64,000 nt of DNA from an uncultured Actinomycetes bacterium. GTDB lineage: Bacteria > Actinomycetota > Thermoleophilia > Solirubrobacterales > Solirubrobacteraceae. This document shows, one piece after another, positions 8,465 to 18,000 of this stretch. The stretch is taken from assembly GCA_963746165.1 (NCBI GenBank), contig CAVVAG010000022.1, positions 38,822 to 102,821 on the forward strand. The letters run 5' to 3'. Position 1 is the first letter of the stretch. Each line of letters opens with the position of its first letter. Made by a program: the position numbers and the translations under genes. The notes under the pieces were generated by a model, which did not search any database, was not told the origin of the DNA, and saw only the letters and a program-made list of their open reading frames with translations.

Positions 8465-8925
8465 CCGCCGCGGTCGTGGAAATAGAACCCCGGCAGCGCC
8501 GCGCGCGTGATCTGCGCGGTCATGTGCTGGGCGAGCTCGAGGTCGCCGGTGCGCACCGCGAGGTCGTCGAGCGTGACGATCCCGGTCAGGCGACCGGAGT
8601 CGAGCACCGGCAGCCGCCGGATGCCGTGGCGGACCATGAGCTCGGCGGCCTCCTCGACGCCCATCAGCGGCTCGGCGGTGACGACCGGCGCGGAGGCGTG
8701 CGCGTCAACCGGGTCGCTGGGGTTGCGCCCGTCCGTCAGAGCGCCGAGCGCGAGGTCGCGATCGGTGACGAACCCGCAGATCGTCCCGTCCTGGTCGACG
8801 AGCACGACCGATCCGACGTTGCGCTCGCGCATGAGCTCGGCGACCTGCCGGACCGTGGTGGTGGGGGTGGCGCTCACGACACCCTCGGTCATGACATCCC
8901 GGATCTCCACCGACGCAACATACAC
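8461..8925 (-). CDS. CBS-domain pair protein
   Basis: Two CBS repeats (VMTEGVVSATP..., GIVTLDDL). 4-nt overlap with the downstream methyltransferase start. Confidence 0.8.
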   Translation of the reverse strand: MYVASVEIRDVMTEGVVSATPTTTVRQVAELMRERNVGSVVLVDQDGTICGFVTDRDLALGALTDGRNPSDPVDAHASAPVVTAEPLMGVEEAAELMVRHGIRRLPVLDSGRLTGIVTLDDLAVRTGDLELAQHMTAQITRAALPGFYFHDRGG

Positions 8926-8933
8926 TTGCGCCC

Positions 8934-9896
8934 GTGCCCGCCACCCCGGAGGAGACGCTCGCCGAAGAAGAGCGCCGCAGCACCAAAGCCGGGGCGGCCG
9001 CGATCGCCGCCGGTGCGCTGACGCTGGTCGGCTCGCTGCTGGCGATCGCGGGCAACAGCGGCTTCCCGACCCTGTACGTGCTCGACACGCTGCGCTCCGA
9101 GCTCGGGCTGCTGCCGGGCGACGGTCCCGGCCCGATCGCGCGCGTCGCGCTGTTTCTCAACGACCACATCGCGGAGATCGTGGCGGCCCGGCTCACCACC
9201 GCGATCGCGATCGCGCTGATGGGCCTGTCGATGGTGTTCCTGTACCGGTCGACGAAGGACCGCAACCCGGAGCTCAACAAGCTCGCGCTGATCGCGACGA
9301 TCTCCGGCGCGGTGCTGGCCGTCATCGCCGGGGTCGTCGCGGCGATCACGCTGGCCGGCGACGTCGCCGGCTTCGCCGACGCCGCGCGGCAGACCGAGGA
9401 CGCCGCCCGCGACGCGCTCGCGGACACGTTCACCACCGGCGCCGTCCAGCTCAGCGGGCTCGGCTCGGCGATCCTCGGCCTCGGCATCGCGCTCACCGCG
9501 CTCAACGCGATGCGCGTCGGCCTGCTCACCCGCTTCATGGGCGTGCTGGGGATCATCGTCGGCGTCCTGTCCTTCCTGCCCCAGCTCGAGGGCCAGCTGC
9601 CGTTCGTGAAGATCTTCTGGTTCCTCGCGCTCGGCGTTCTGCTCATGCGCCGCTGGCCCGGTGGCAACCCTCCGGCCTGGCAGACCGGCGAGGCGCAGCC
9701 GTGGCCGACGCAGCAGGAGATCCGCGAGCAGCGCATGGCCGCGCGCGGCGAGACGCCGGCCGCCAAGAGCGACGAGGAACCGCGGGAACGCCGCCCGCGC
9801 CGGGGTCGCGCCGAACCGCCCGAGACGCCCGCTCCCGAGCCGCCGCGGGCCAAGCCGCACTCCTCGTCGAAGAAGAAGAAGCGCAAACGCCGCTAG
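8934..9896 (+). CDS. integral membrane protein with a polybasic C-terminal tail (function unknown)
   Basis: About 6 hydrophobic helices. The tail is ...PRAKPHSSSKKKKRKRR. Confidence 0.65.
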   Translation: MPATPEETLAEEERRSTKAGAAAIAAGALTLVGSLLAIAGNSGFPTLYVLDTLRSELGLLPGDGPGPIARVALFLNDHIAEIVAARLTTAIAIALMGLSMVFLYRSTKDRNPELNKLALIATISGAVLAVIAGVVAAITLAGDVAGFADAARQTEDAARDALADTFTTGAVQLSGLGSAILGLGIALTALNAMRVGLLTRFMGVLGIIVGVLSFLPQLEGQLPFVKIFWFLALGVLLMRRWPGGNPPAWQTGEAQPWPTQQEIREQRMAARGETPAAKSDEEPRERRPRRGRAEPPETPAPEPPRAKPHSSSKKKKRKRR

Positions 9897-9927
9897 GACT
9901 CGCGCAAGGGGGTACGGTCCCGTCACC

Positions 9928-11475
9928 ATGACCTACGAGGAAGCCTGCGCCGCGCATTCCTGGCAGGTGCCGGAGCGCTACAACATCGCCGCGGACGTCT
10001 GCGACAAGCATCCCCGCGACAAGCTCGCGATGGTCCACGAGGACCCCGACGGCGCCGTCCGCGAGGTGACGTGGGGGGAGCTGCAGGACATGGCCAACCG
10101 CTTCGCGCTGCGGCTGCTCGATGCGGGAGTGCAGCAGGGCGATCGCGTCGCGATGCTGCTGCCGCCGACGCCGGAGACCGCCGCCGCGTTCTTCGCCACC
10201 TGGAAGGTCGGCGGGATCCTGCTGTCGATGTCGATCCTCTACGGCGACGACGGCATCCGCCACCGCCTGACCGACTCACAGGCCGCGGTGTGCGTCACCA
10301 ACGAGGCCAATCGCGCGCGCGTGGAGGGCCAGACCGACGTGCTCGTGCTCGAGCCCGGCGACCTCGACTCGGGCGCGACGGATCACGAGACGCTCGACAC
10401 CTCGTGCGACGACCCCGCCCAGCTGTACTACACGTCCGGCACGACCGGCCTGGCGAAGGGCATCCTGCACGCCCATCGCTACATCCTCGGCCACGAGGAG
10501 TTCGTCTACTGCCACGACGTGCGCGACGGCGAGCGCTTCCACGGCATGGGCGAGTGGGCGTGGGCGGCGGGCATCGCGCCGCTGCTGGGACCGTGGCGCT
10601 TCGGCGCCGTCCAGGTCGTCCTGCAGCGCAAGGGCGGCTTCGACCCGCACGGCCAGCTCGCGTTCCTCAGCCGCCATCGCCCGACGAACGTCTTCGCCAC
10701 GCCGACGGCGATCCGCTCGATGATGGGCATCGGCGACGCCGGCACGCGCTACCCGCAGGACTTCCGCATCGTCTGCTCGGCCGGCGAGCCGCTGAACCCG
10801 GAGGCGATCCGCTGGTTTCGCGAGCAGTACGGCGTCACCGTGCTCGACTACTACGGGCTGAGCGAGTCCTATCCGCTCGTCGCCAACTACCCGTTCATGG
10901 AGGTCCGGGAGGGCTCGATGGGGCGCCCGATGCCCGGCTGGGACGTGCAGATCCTCGATGAGGACGAGCGTCCCGTCGCGACGGGGGAGCGCGGCGAGAT
11001 CTGCCTGCGCGCGCGCTCGAACCCGCACTATCCGCTCGGCTACTGGAACAACGAGGAGGCCGGCCGGGAGACCTTCGGCGGCGTGTGGTTTCACACGAAG
11101 GACGCCGCCTCGATGGACGAGGACGGCTACGTCTGGTACGAAGGCCGCGCCGACGACGTGATCATCTCCGCCGGCTACCGGATCGGTCCCTTCGAGGTCG
11201 AGTCGGCCTGCCTGGAGCACCCCGCGGTGGCGGAGGCGGCGGCCGTCGCCTGGCCCGACGAGCGGCGCGGCAACGTCGTCAAGGCATTCGTCGTGCCCGC
11301 CGCCGGGTATGAGCCCGGCGACGAGCTCGGCAAGGAGATCTCGGCGTTCGTGCGCGAGCACCTCTCGGCCTACGCCTATCCGCGCATCGTCGAGTTCGTC
11401 GACGATCTGCCCAAGACCCTGACCGGCAAGATCCGCCGCATCGAGCTACGAGAGAGGAGCAAGGACACCGCATGA
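9928..11475 (+). CDS. AMP-dependent acyl-CoA synthetase (medium-chain/acetate-type ligase)
   Basis: AMP-binding motif YYTSGTTGLAKGILH and C-terminal LPKTLTGKIRR. ATG at 9928 lies in the frame of the longer track ORF. 4-nt overlap with acs. Confidence 0.85.
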   Translation: MTYEEACAAHSWQVPERYNIAADVCDKHPRDKLAMVHEDPDGAVREVTWGELQDMANRFALRLLDAGVQQGDRVAMLLPPTPETAAAFFATWKVGGILLSMSILYGDDGIRHRLTDSQAAVCVTNEANRARVEGQTDVLVLEPGDLDSGATDHETLDTSCDDPAQLYYTSGTTGLAKGILHAHRYILGHEEFVYCHDVRDGERFHGMGEWAWAAGIAPLLGPWRFGAVQVVLQRKGGFDPHGQLAFLSRHRPTNVFATPTAIRSMMGIGDAGTRYPQDFRIVCSAGEPLNPEAIRWFREQYGVTVLDYYGLSESYPLVANYPFMEVREGSMGRPMPGWDVQILDEDERPVATGERGEICLRARSNPHYPLGYWNNEEAGRETFGGVWFHTKDAASMDEDGYVWYEGRADDVIISAGYRIGPFEVESACLEHPAVAEAAAVAWPDERRGNVVKAFVVPAAGYEPGDELGKEISAFVREHLSAYAYPRIVEFVDDLPKTLTGKIRRIELRERSKDTA

Positions 11476-13445
11476 GCGTCGACGCGAAGTCCCACGAAGC
11501 CCTGTCACAGCGGCTCGAGGAGCTGCTGCAGGTCGAGACCTTCCCGCCGCCCGAGGAGTTCGCCCGCGACGCGCTGCTCAACGACCCGGCCGTCTACGAG
11601 GAGGCCGCCGCCGACCCGCTGGCCTGGTGGGAGAAGCAGGCCCGCGAGCTGGACTGGTTCGGCGAGTGGGACACGACCCTCGACGACTCCGAGCCGCCGT
11701 TCTACAAGTGGTTCACCGGCGGCACGATCAACGCCTCCTACAACTGCCTCGATCGCCACGTCGAGGCCGGCAACGGCGATCGCGTCGCCTTCTACTGGCG
11801 CGGGGAGGAGGGCGAGGAGCGCGAGCTGACGTACGCCGACCTGCTGCGCGACGTCAAGCGCTTCGCCAATGCGCTGAAGGCGCAGGGCGTGCAGCAGGGC
11901 GACGTCGTCGGGATCTACCTGCCGATGATCCCCGCCGTCGTCGTGGCGATGCTCGCCTGCGCGCGCATCGGGGCGCCGCACAACGTCGTCTTCGGCGGCT
12001 TCTCCGCGGAGTCCGTCAAGGAGCGCATGGAGGTCTCCGAGGCGAAGGTGCTCATCACGGCCGACGGCGCCCGGCGCAAGGGCAAGGTCGCCGCCGTCAA
12101 GCAGGCCTGCGACGACGTCGGCATGCCGGTGCCGACGACGATCGTCGTGCGCCACACCGGGATCGACTGCCCGATGGGCGAGGGCGACGTCTTCTACGAC
12201 GAGATCCTCGACGCCGCCGAGGACGAGTGCGAGGCGGTCGCGCTCGACGCCGAGCATCCGCTGTACATCCTCTACTCGAGCGGGTCGACCGCCAAGCCGA
12301 AGGGCATCCTGCATTCGACCGGCGGCTACCTGACGTGCGTCGCCTACACGCACAAGGTCGTCTTCGACCTCAAGCCCGAGACCGACGTCTACTTCTGCTC
12401 GGCCGACGTCGGCTGGGTCACCGGCCACTCCTACATCGTCTACGGCCCGCTGATGAACGGCGCGACGTCGGTGATGTACGAGGGCGCGCCGGACTACCCC
12501 GACAAGGACATCTGGTGGGAGCTCTGCGAGCGCTACGGCGTGACGCTCTTCTACACCGCCCCGACGGCCATCCGCGCCTGCATGAAGTGGGGCGAGCAGT
12601 ACCCGGGCCGCCACGACCTCTCCAAGCTGCGCCTGCTGGGCTCCGTCGGCGAGCCGATCAACCCGAAGGCCTGGGTCTGGTACTACCACGTCATCGGCGG
12701 CGAGCGCTGCCCCGTCGTCGACACGTGGTGGCAGACCGAGACGGGGGCGATCATGATCTCGCCGCTGCCGGGGATCACGGCATGCAAGCCGGGGTCGGCG
12801 ACGCAGCCGCTGCCGGGAGTGGTGGCGGCGGTCGTCGACGACAGCGGCGAGGAGGTCCCGCGCGACACGCAGGGCCTGCTCACGCTGCAGAAGCCGTGGC
12901 CGTCGATGCTGCGCACGCTCTACGGCGACGACGACCGCTACGTCTCGACGTACTTCGAGAAGTTCGGGCCGCAGACCTACTTCGTCGGCGACGCGTCACG
13001 CGAGGACGAGGACGACTACTTCTGGGTCATCGGCCGCGTCGACGACGTGCTCAACGTCTCCGGCCATCGCATGTCGACGGCCGAGATCGAGTCCGCCGTC
13101 GTGTCGCATCCGAAGGTCGCGGAGTGCGCGACGATCGGCGCCGTCGACGAGGACACCGGCCAGTCCGTCGTCTGCTTCGTGACGCTCGAGGGCGATCTGG
13201 AGGGCACCGACGAGCTCGTCGCCGAGATCCGCGAGCACGTGGCGAGGAAGATCGGCAAGCTCGCGCGGCCGAAGCGGATCGTCTGGGCCGACGACCTGCC
13301 CAAGACCCGCTCGGGCAAGATCATGCGCCGCCTGCTGCGCGACATCGCCGAGGGCCGCGAGCTCGGCGACGTCACGACGCTGCGCGATCCGGCGGTGATG
13401 GCGCAGCTCGAGGAGAAGGTCGCCGAGCGGCGCGACGAGGAATAG
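11472..13445 (+). CDS. acs: acetyl-CoA synthetase
   Basis: 657 aa. WWEKQARELDW, INASYNCLDRH, YILYSSGSTAKPKGILHSTGGYL and LPKTRSGKIMRRLLRDI. Confidence 0.95.
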   Translation: MSVDAKSHEALSQRLEELLQVETFPPPEEFARDALLNDPAVYEEAAADPLAWWEKQARELDWFGEWDTTLDDSEPPFYKWFTGGTINASYNCLDRHVEAGNGDRVAFYWRGEEGEERELTYADLLRDVKRFANALKAQGVQQGDVVGIYLPMIPAVVVAMLACARIGAPHNVVFGGFSAESVKERMEVSEAKVLITADGARRKGKVAAVKQACDDVGMPVPTTIVVRHTGIDCPMGEGDVFYDEILDAAEDECEAVALDAEHPLYILYSSGSTAKPKGILHSTGGYLTCVAYTHKVVFDLKPETDVYFCSADVGWVTGHSYIVYGPLMNGATSVMYEGAPDYPDKDIWWELCERYGVTLFYTAPTAIRACMKWGEQYPGRHDLSKLRLLGSVGEPINPKAWVWYYHVIGGERCPVVDTWWQTETGAIMISPLPGITACKPGSATQPLPGVVAAVVDDSGEEVPRDTQGLLTLQKPWPSMLRTLYGDDDRYVSTYFEKFGPQTYFVGDASREDEDDYFWVIGRVDDVLNVSGHRMSTAEIESAVVSHPKVAECATIGAVDEDTGQSVVCFVTLEGDLEGTDELVAEIREHVARKIGKLARPKRIVWADDLPKTRSGKIMRRLLRDIAEGRELGDVTTLRDPAVMAQLEEKVAERRDEE

Positions 13446-13456
13446 GCGGGGCGAGC

Positions 13457-13494
13457 CTAGTGTCGTGAGTCAGAAGTTCGCCTCACGACACTAG
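13457..13494. terminator. 13-bp perfect stem with a 12-nt loop, between convergent acs and the STAS gene
   Basis: CTAGTGTCGTGAG-tcagaagttcgc-CTCACGACACTAG. The right arm overlaps the STAS stop codon. Confidence 0.6.
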
Positions 13495-13835
13495 TCGGCG
13501 AAGGGCAGCCGGTCGACGAGGTCGGTGATCTCGAAGACGCGGTGGACCTGCTTGGGCCCGCGCAGCAGCGAGAAGCGGCCGTCGGGCGCTCGCTCGGCGG
13601 CCATCACGAGCAGGCGCAGGCCGGTCGAGTCGATGAACTCCAGCCGGCCGAGGTCAACGACGATCGACGTGGCATCCCCCGCTTCCGCCTCGCGCAGGGA
13701 CTCCTCGAGCTGCGGCGCACCGTCGAGGTCGAGCTCGCCGATGAGCTCGATGATGTGCACCTCGCCCTCGCGCTCGCTGCGCACGACGAGGCTGCCCAGC
13801 TTGCTCGTTCGCGTGGCTCGATCGCCCTCATCCAT
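13491..13835 (-). CDS. STAS-domain anti-sigma-factor antagonist
   Basis: LDLDGAP...VVDLGRLEFIDSTGLRLLV and the rest match the SpoIIAA/RsbV-like pattern. Confidence 0.8.
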   Translation of the reverse strand: MDEGDRATRTSKLGSLVVRSEREGEVHIIELIGELDLDGAPQLEESLREAEAGDATSIVVDLGRLEFIDSTGLRLLVMAAERAPDGRFSLLRGPKQVHRVFEITDLVDRLPFAD

Positions 13836-13906
13836 CTGGCAGCCCCCTTCTCATCCGACAAGCCCAGGATTCGGCTGGGTGGTCGCCAAGACCGCATGGG
13901 AATCTA

Positions 13907-15508
13907 TCAACGGGCATCGAGCTTGGCCTGCGTGCGCAGCTCGGACACGATGCGCTCCAGCCGCGGCTCGGTCTCGCGGTCGAGATACGTCATCGCGGAC
14001 GCCACCGCGGGGTGCACGGCGGCGATGTGATCGTGCATCGCATGGGCCACGGCGCGATAGGACGGATGGCCCTCGCGGCCCGAGCGCAGCTCGATGAGCT
14101 GCATCGCCTCGCGGGCGTTGAGGTCCAGGACGTAACGCAGCCGATAGCCGAGGCAGAGCGCGTACATCGCGGCGCGGCGGTCGTGGCCGGCGCCGAGCAG
14201 GCGCTCGTAGGCGGTCTGTGAGATGTCCAGCGCGCGGCGGTAGTCGTCGCCCACGCCGGCGTCGTCGAGCTCCAGTGGCACGCCCGCGCCGAGGTCCGGC
14301 GTGAGCGCCTGCCACTGGCACGTCAGCATGCGGTGGCGCTGCAGGTCGCGGAACGCGCCGTAGTCGCTGACGATCTCGAAGCGGTAGCGCAGGGCCTCCA
14401 GGCCGCGCCCCGGGCGGTGGCGGCGGTTGGCGCGCGCGCCCATGAGGTCGGCGAGCAGCGCGCCGCGGTCGTCGTCGTCGAGGTCGGCCAGGGCCTCGCG
14501 GGTCGCGCGCTCGCCCGTCGAGGACGCCTCGAAGAGCAGCGCGGCGAGCATGCGGTCCTCGTCGCCGTCGTGGTGCACGAGGCGCACGGACGGCCCGCCG
14601 GCGCCGTCGTCGCCGGCGGCGCGGTCGAGCCCCAGCCGCGCGACCCAGCGCTCGGCGGCGTGCTCGCGCTGCTCGAGATAGCTCACCCAGGCGCCGCCGC
14701 GGTCGGGCCGCTCGACGCGCGAGACGAAGCTCGGCATGACCGCCTGCACCGACTCGAGGATGGCGCGGCCGTAGTGGCGCGCCTCGGGCAACGGGTGGGC
14801 GAGCAGGTGCAGGATGAGCTGCTCGTAGGTCTGGCCCGTGGCGAAGATCCCCATGTGCGACAGCGACGCCGCGGGCAGCAGCCCGCGCAGGAGGTCCAGC
14901 GCCTTGGCCTTGATCGCCCGCGCGTGCGCCTGCGGCGACTCGCCGTCGGCGGGCGGATACTGGTCGGCTGCCCACGCCTGCACCATCGGCAGCGACGCGG
15001 AGTAGATGCCGAAGATCTCGTCCATCGCCTGTTCGTAGTCGGGCCCGAGCTCGGCGTCGCGGTAGTAGCGGTACCGGGCGGTGCCCTCGATCGGCGCGTC
15101 ATAGGCGATGTAGCGCGTGGACTGCTCGAGGTACGCGCCCAGGCGCGGGCGCTGCAGGACCTTCGTCAGGACGTTGGAGACCCATTCACAGGCGACGTGG
15201 GCGCCGCCGAGCTGCGCGATCGAGTCGTCGCCGTAGCCGACGAAGATCCGCTCGTAGAAGTCCGCCGCGCGCGCGCCCTCGGCGTTGTCGTATGTCGCGG
15301 GCGGGCCGTCGTCGTCCAGCGAGCCGGCGAACTCGTCGAGGAACAGCCGCCGCAGCGTTCCGGGGTAGCGGGAGTAGCGCGCGAACAGCGCGCCCTTGAC
15401 GGTCTCGGGCAGGTTGACGAGCGCGAAGACCGGCCCGTCGAGGTTCGTGAAGTGCGGCTCGAGGCGCGCGCGCTCGGCGGCGCTGAAGGTCTCGACGGGG
15501 TACTCCAC
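13907..15508 (-). CDS. double-length ThyX-like (FAD-dependent thymidylate synthase family) protein
   Basis: 533 aa. The C-terminal half has YGAFRDLQRHRMLT (an RHR signature). The N-terminal half has ...LFARYSRYPG.... Size is about twice that of canonical ThyX. Confidence 0.6.
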   Translation of the reverse strand: MEYPVETFSAAERARLEPHFTNLDGPVFALVNLPETVKGALFARYSRYPGTLRRLFLDEFAGSLDDDGPPATYDNAEGARAADFYERIFVGYGDDSIAQLGGAHVACEWVSNVLTKVLQRPRLGAYLEQSTRYIAYDAPIEGTARYRYYRDAELGPDYEQAMDEIFGIYSASLPMVQAWAADQYPPADGESPQAHARAIKAKALDLLRGLLPAASLSHMGIFATGQTYEQLILHLLAHPLPEARHYGRAILESVQAVMPSFVSRVERPDRGGAWVSYLEQREHAAERWVARLGLDRAAGDDGAGGPSVRLVHHDGDEDRMLAALLFEASSTGERATREALADLDDDDRGALLADLMGARANRRHRPGRGLEALRYRFEIVSDYGAFRDLQRHRMLTCQWQALTPDLGAGVPLELDDAGVGDDYRRALDISQTAYERLLGAGHDRRAAMYALCLGYRLRYVLDLNAREAMQLIELRSGREGHPSYRAVAHAMHDHIAAVHPAVASAMTYLDRETEPRLERIVSELRTQAKLDAR

Positions 15509-15632
15509 GGGGGCGGAAGGCTAGCGGCCGCCGCGGCGACCCCAGGCCGCGCCGGCCTCGCGAACGCGCTGCGGTTCATCGCGGCAGAGGCGGCACAGGG
15601 CGAAGGTTCCTTGATGTGCTACGGTGACGCAC

Positions 15633-15908
15633 ATGCGCAGGGTAGGCGTCAGGGAACTGCGACAGAATCTGTCTCGCTACCTGCAGGAGGTCAAGGGCGG
15701 CGAGGCGCTGCTCGTGACCGAGCGCGGTCGTGAGGTCGCGCGGCTGATTCCGTCCGGCGCTCCGGACGACCCCATAGCCCGCCTCGCGGCCGATCGCGGG
15801 GCGACGCTGCCGAGCGGGTCACTGCGGGATGTCGGTGCCGGTCTGGCGCCGGCGGGTGGACCCCCCAGCGGCGCGGTCCTCGACGCGCTTCGCGACGAGC
15901 GCGCGTGA
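15633..15908 (+). CDS. Phd/YefM-type antitoxin
   Basis: MRRVGVRELRQNLSRYLQEVKGGEALLVTERGREVARLIP. GTGA overlap with the PIN toxin gene. GTG at 15624 is an alternative start. Confidence 0.8.
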   Translation: MRRVGVRELRQNLSRYLQEVKGGEALLVTERGREVARLIPSGAPDDPIARLAADRGATLPSGSLRDVGAGLAPAGGPPSGAVLDALRDERA

Positions 15909-16300
15909 CCGCCAGTCTGGCGTACCTCGATACGTCGGCCTACGTCAAGGTGGCGCTGGGCGAGCCCGAGCGAGCGGCGCTGTTGAGCGCGCTCGAGCGC
16001 TACGCCCTCGTCTCCAGCCAACTGCTCGGCGTCGAAGCCGTGCGGGCGTGCGCGCGCTACGGGCCGGAGTATGCGAACGCCGCCGACGCGGGCTTGCGAG
16101 CCGTATCGCTGCTGCCGCTGGACGAGGCGGTCCTGGCCCGCGCGAAGACGCTGCAGCCTGCCCACCTGCGCACGCTGGACGCGCTGCACCTCGCGAGCGC
16201 ACTGAGCCTCGGGACGGACCTGGCCGTGCTGGTCAGCTACGACGATCGGCTCAGCGACGCGGCGCGCGCGAGCGGAGTCTCGGTTCTGACGCCGGGGTAG
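15905..16300 (+). CDS. vapC: PIN-domain ribonuclease toxin (VapC family)
   Basis: YLDTSAY (first acidic residue), ...LRTLDALHLASA..., SYDDRL. Confidence 0.8.
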   Translation: MTASLAYLDTSAYVKVALGEPERAALLSALERYALVSSQLLGVEAVRACARYGPEYANAADAGLRAVSLLPLDEAVLARAKTLQPAHLRTLDALHLASALSLGTDLAVLVSYDDRLSDAARASGVSVLTPG

Positions 16301-16351
16301 GTGTGCGCGAAGCCGTGGCCACGCGACCTGCGGTCGCAAACCGCCGACCGG

Positions 16352-17053
16352 TCAGACGCCCTGCTCGGCGGCCGCCCGCCGGACGGTCTCGACGACGAGG
16401 TCGAGGTCGTCGGTGACGCGCAGGAGGTCGAGGTCGGCGGTCGCGATCTTGCCCTCGGCCGCGACGGTCTCGCGCAGCCAGTCCACGAGCCCGGACCAGT
16501 AGGCCGTGCCGACGAGCAGGATGGGAAAGGAGCGGATCTTCTCGGTCTGGATGAGGCACAGCGCCTCGAAGAGCTCGTCGAACGTGCCGTAGCCGCCGGG
16601 CAGGACGACGAACGCGTTGGCGTAGCGCACGAACATGACCTTGCGCGTGAAGAAGTAGTGGAAGTCCAGCGACCGGTCGACCCACGCGTGGGCGCGCCCG
16701 TGCTCGAAGGGCAGGTCGATGTTCAGCCCGATCGACAGCGCCCCGGCCTCGCGGGCGCCGCGGTTGGCGGCCTCCATCGCGCCTGGGCCGCCGCCGGTGA
16801 TGACGGCGAAGCCCGCGCGGCCGAGCCGGTTCCCGACCTCGACCGCGAGCTCGTACTCGGGCGCGCCCGGCGGCGTCCGGGCCGAGCCGAAGACCGACAC
16901 GGCGCGATGCACGTCGGCGAGCTTCCGAAAGCCCATCTCGAGCTCCGCGGCCATCCGCTCGACGCGCGTCGCGTCGCTGATCTCGGACGCGACCGCCGGC
17001 TCCTGGGCGCCGATCAGCTCCTCGTCGGGCGTGGCGGGTCGGCGCGGGGGCAA
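16352..17053 (-). CDS. LOG-family (TIGR00730) protein, putative cytokinin-riboside 5'-monophosphate phosphoribohydrolase
   Basis: VSVFGSAR, ITGGGPGAMEAANRGA and PGGYGTFDELFE motifs. The TTG start at 17053 is tentative; an internal ATG exists. Confidence 0.8.
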   Translation of the reverse strand: MPPRRPATPDEELIGAQEPAVASEISDATRVERMAAELEMGFRKLADVHRAVSVFGSARTPPGAPEYELAVEVGNRLGRAGFAVITGGGPGAMEAANRGAREAGALSIGLNIDLPFEHGRAHAWVDRSLDFHYFFTRKVMFVRYANAFVVLPGGYGTFDELFEALCLIQTEKIRSFPILLVGTAYWSGLVDWLRETVAAEGKIATADLDLLRVTDDLDLVVETVRRAAAEQGV

Positions 17054-17088
17054 GCCGGCGAGGGTAGAGGATCCCCCGCCCGCCGCGG

Positions 17089-18000
17089 TCAGGTGTGCCG
17101 GCTCAGCTCGGTCGCGGGGCTGACCGAGACCCCCATGCGCGGGTCCTGCTCGTCGGGCCGGTCGGGGTCGGGGTCGGCGAGGCGCAGGGACGCCGGCAGG
17201 TCCTTGCTGTGCTTGAGCTGCCACTCCGTCAGCGGCTGCAGGATCCCGCGCAGCGCGAGTGCCCCACCGACGTAGCGCGGCGCCCAGATCCGTGCCGAGC
17301 GGCGCGCGATGCCGCGCTCGATCGCGTCGATCGCCAGCGCCAGCGGGGCGGGCTGGGCGATGAACTTCGGCAGGGTCGAGGTCAGCCCGACCGTCGAGGG
17401 GTGCGCGAAGCTCGCCTTGACGAGGTCGGTGTCGATGAAGCCGAAGTACGCGCAGCCGACGCGCGCGCCGGTGTGGGCGAGCTCGACGCGCAGGCAGTCG
17501 GTCATCGCCTCGACGCCGGCCTTCGACGCCGTGTAGGCGCCCATCAGCGGCGTGTGGCTCGCCGCGCTGAGCGAGGAGATGTTCAGCAGGTAGCCGCGGT
17601 TGCGCACGATCTCGTCGAGCACGGCGCGATCGGTGCGCCACGCGCCGAAGAGGTTGACCTCCAGCGTGCGCTCGAAGTGCTCGCGCGGCATCGTCGCCAT
17701 GCGGCCCATGAACTGGATGCCGGCGTTGGCGATCGCCACGTCGATCTTGCCGAAGCGCGCGATCGTGCCGTCGACCGCGTCGCGCACGGCGTCGTAGTCG
17801 GTGACGTCGGCCTCGAACCAGGCGGCGCGCCGCGGCCCGAGTTGCTCGGCGAGCGCCGCGAGCCTGTCGGGCTCGAGGCCGACGAGCGCGACGTTCGCCC
17901 CGGCGGCGTGCAGGCGCCGCGCGCTCTCGGCGCCGATCCCGCGCGCCGCGCCGGTGATGAAGACGGTCCGCCCGGCGACGTCGAAGCGCGAGCGCAGCAT
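17089..18000 (-). CDS. short-chain dehydrogenase/reductase (SDR)
   Basis: TGAARGIG, NAG and YTASKAG motifs. The start overlaps the BVMO stop (TGATG). Confidence 0.85.
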   Translation of the reverse strand: MLRSRFDVAGRTVFITGAARGIGAESARRLHAAGANVALVGLEPDRLAALAEQLGPRRAAWFEADVTDYDAVRDAVDGTIARFGKIDVAIANAGIQFMGRMATMPREHFERTLEVNLFGAWRTDRAVLDEIVRNRGYLLNISSLSAASHTPLMGAYTASKAGVEAMTDCLRVELAHTGARVGCAYFGFIDTDLVKASFAHPSTVGLTSTLPKFIAQPAPLALAIDAIERGIARRSARIWAPRYVGGALALRGILQPLTEWQLKHSKDLPASLRLADPDPDRPDEQDPRMGVSVSPATELSRHT

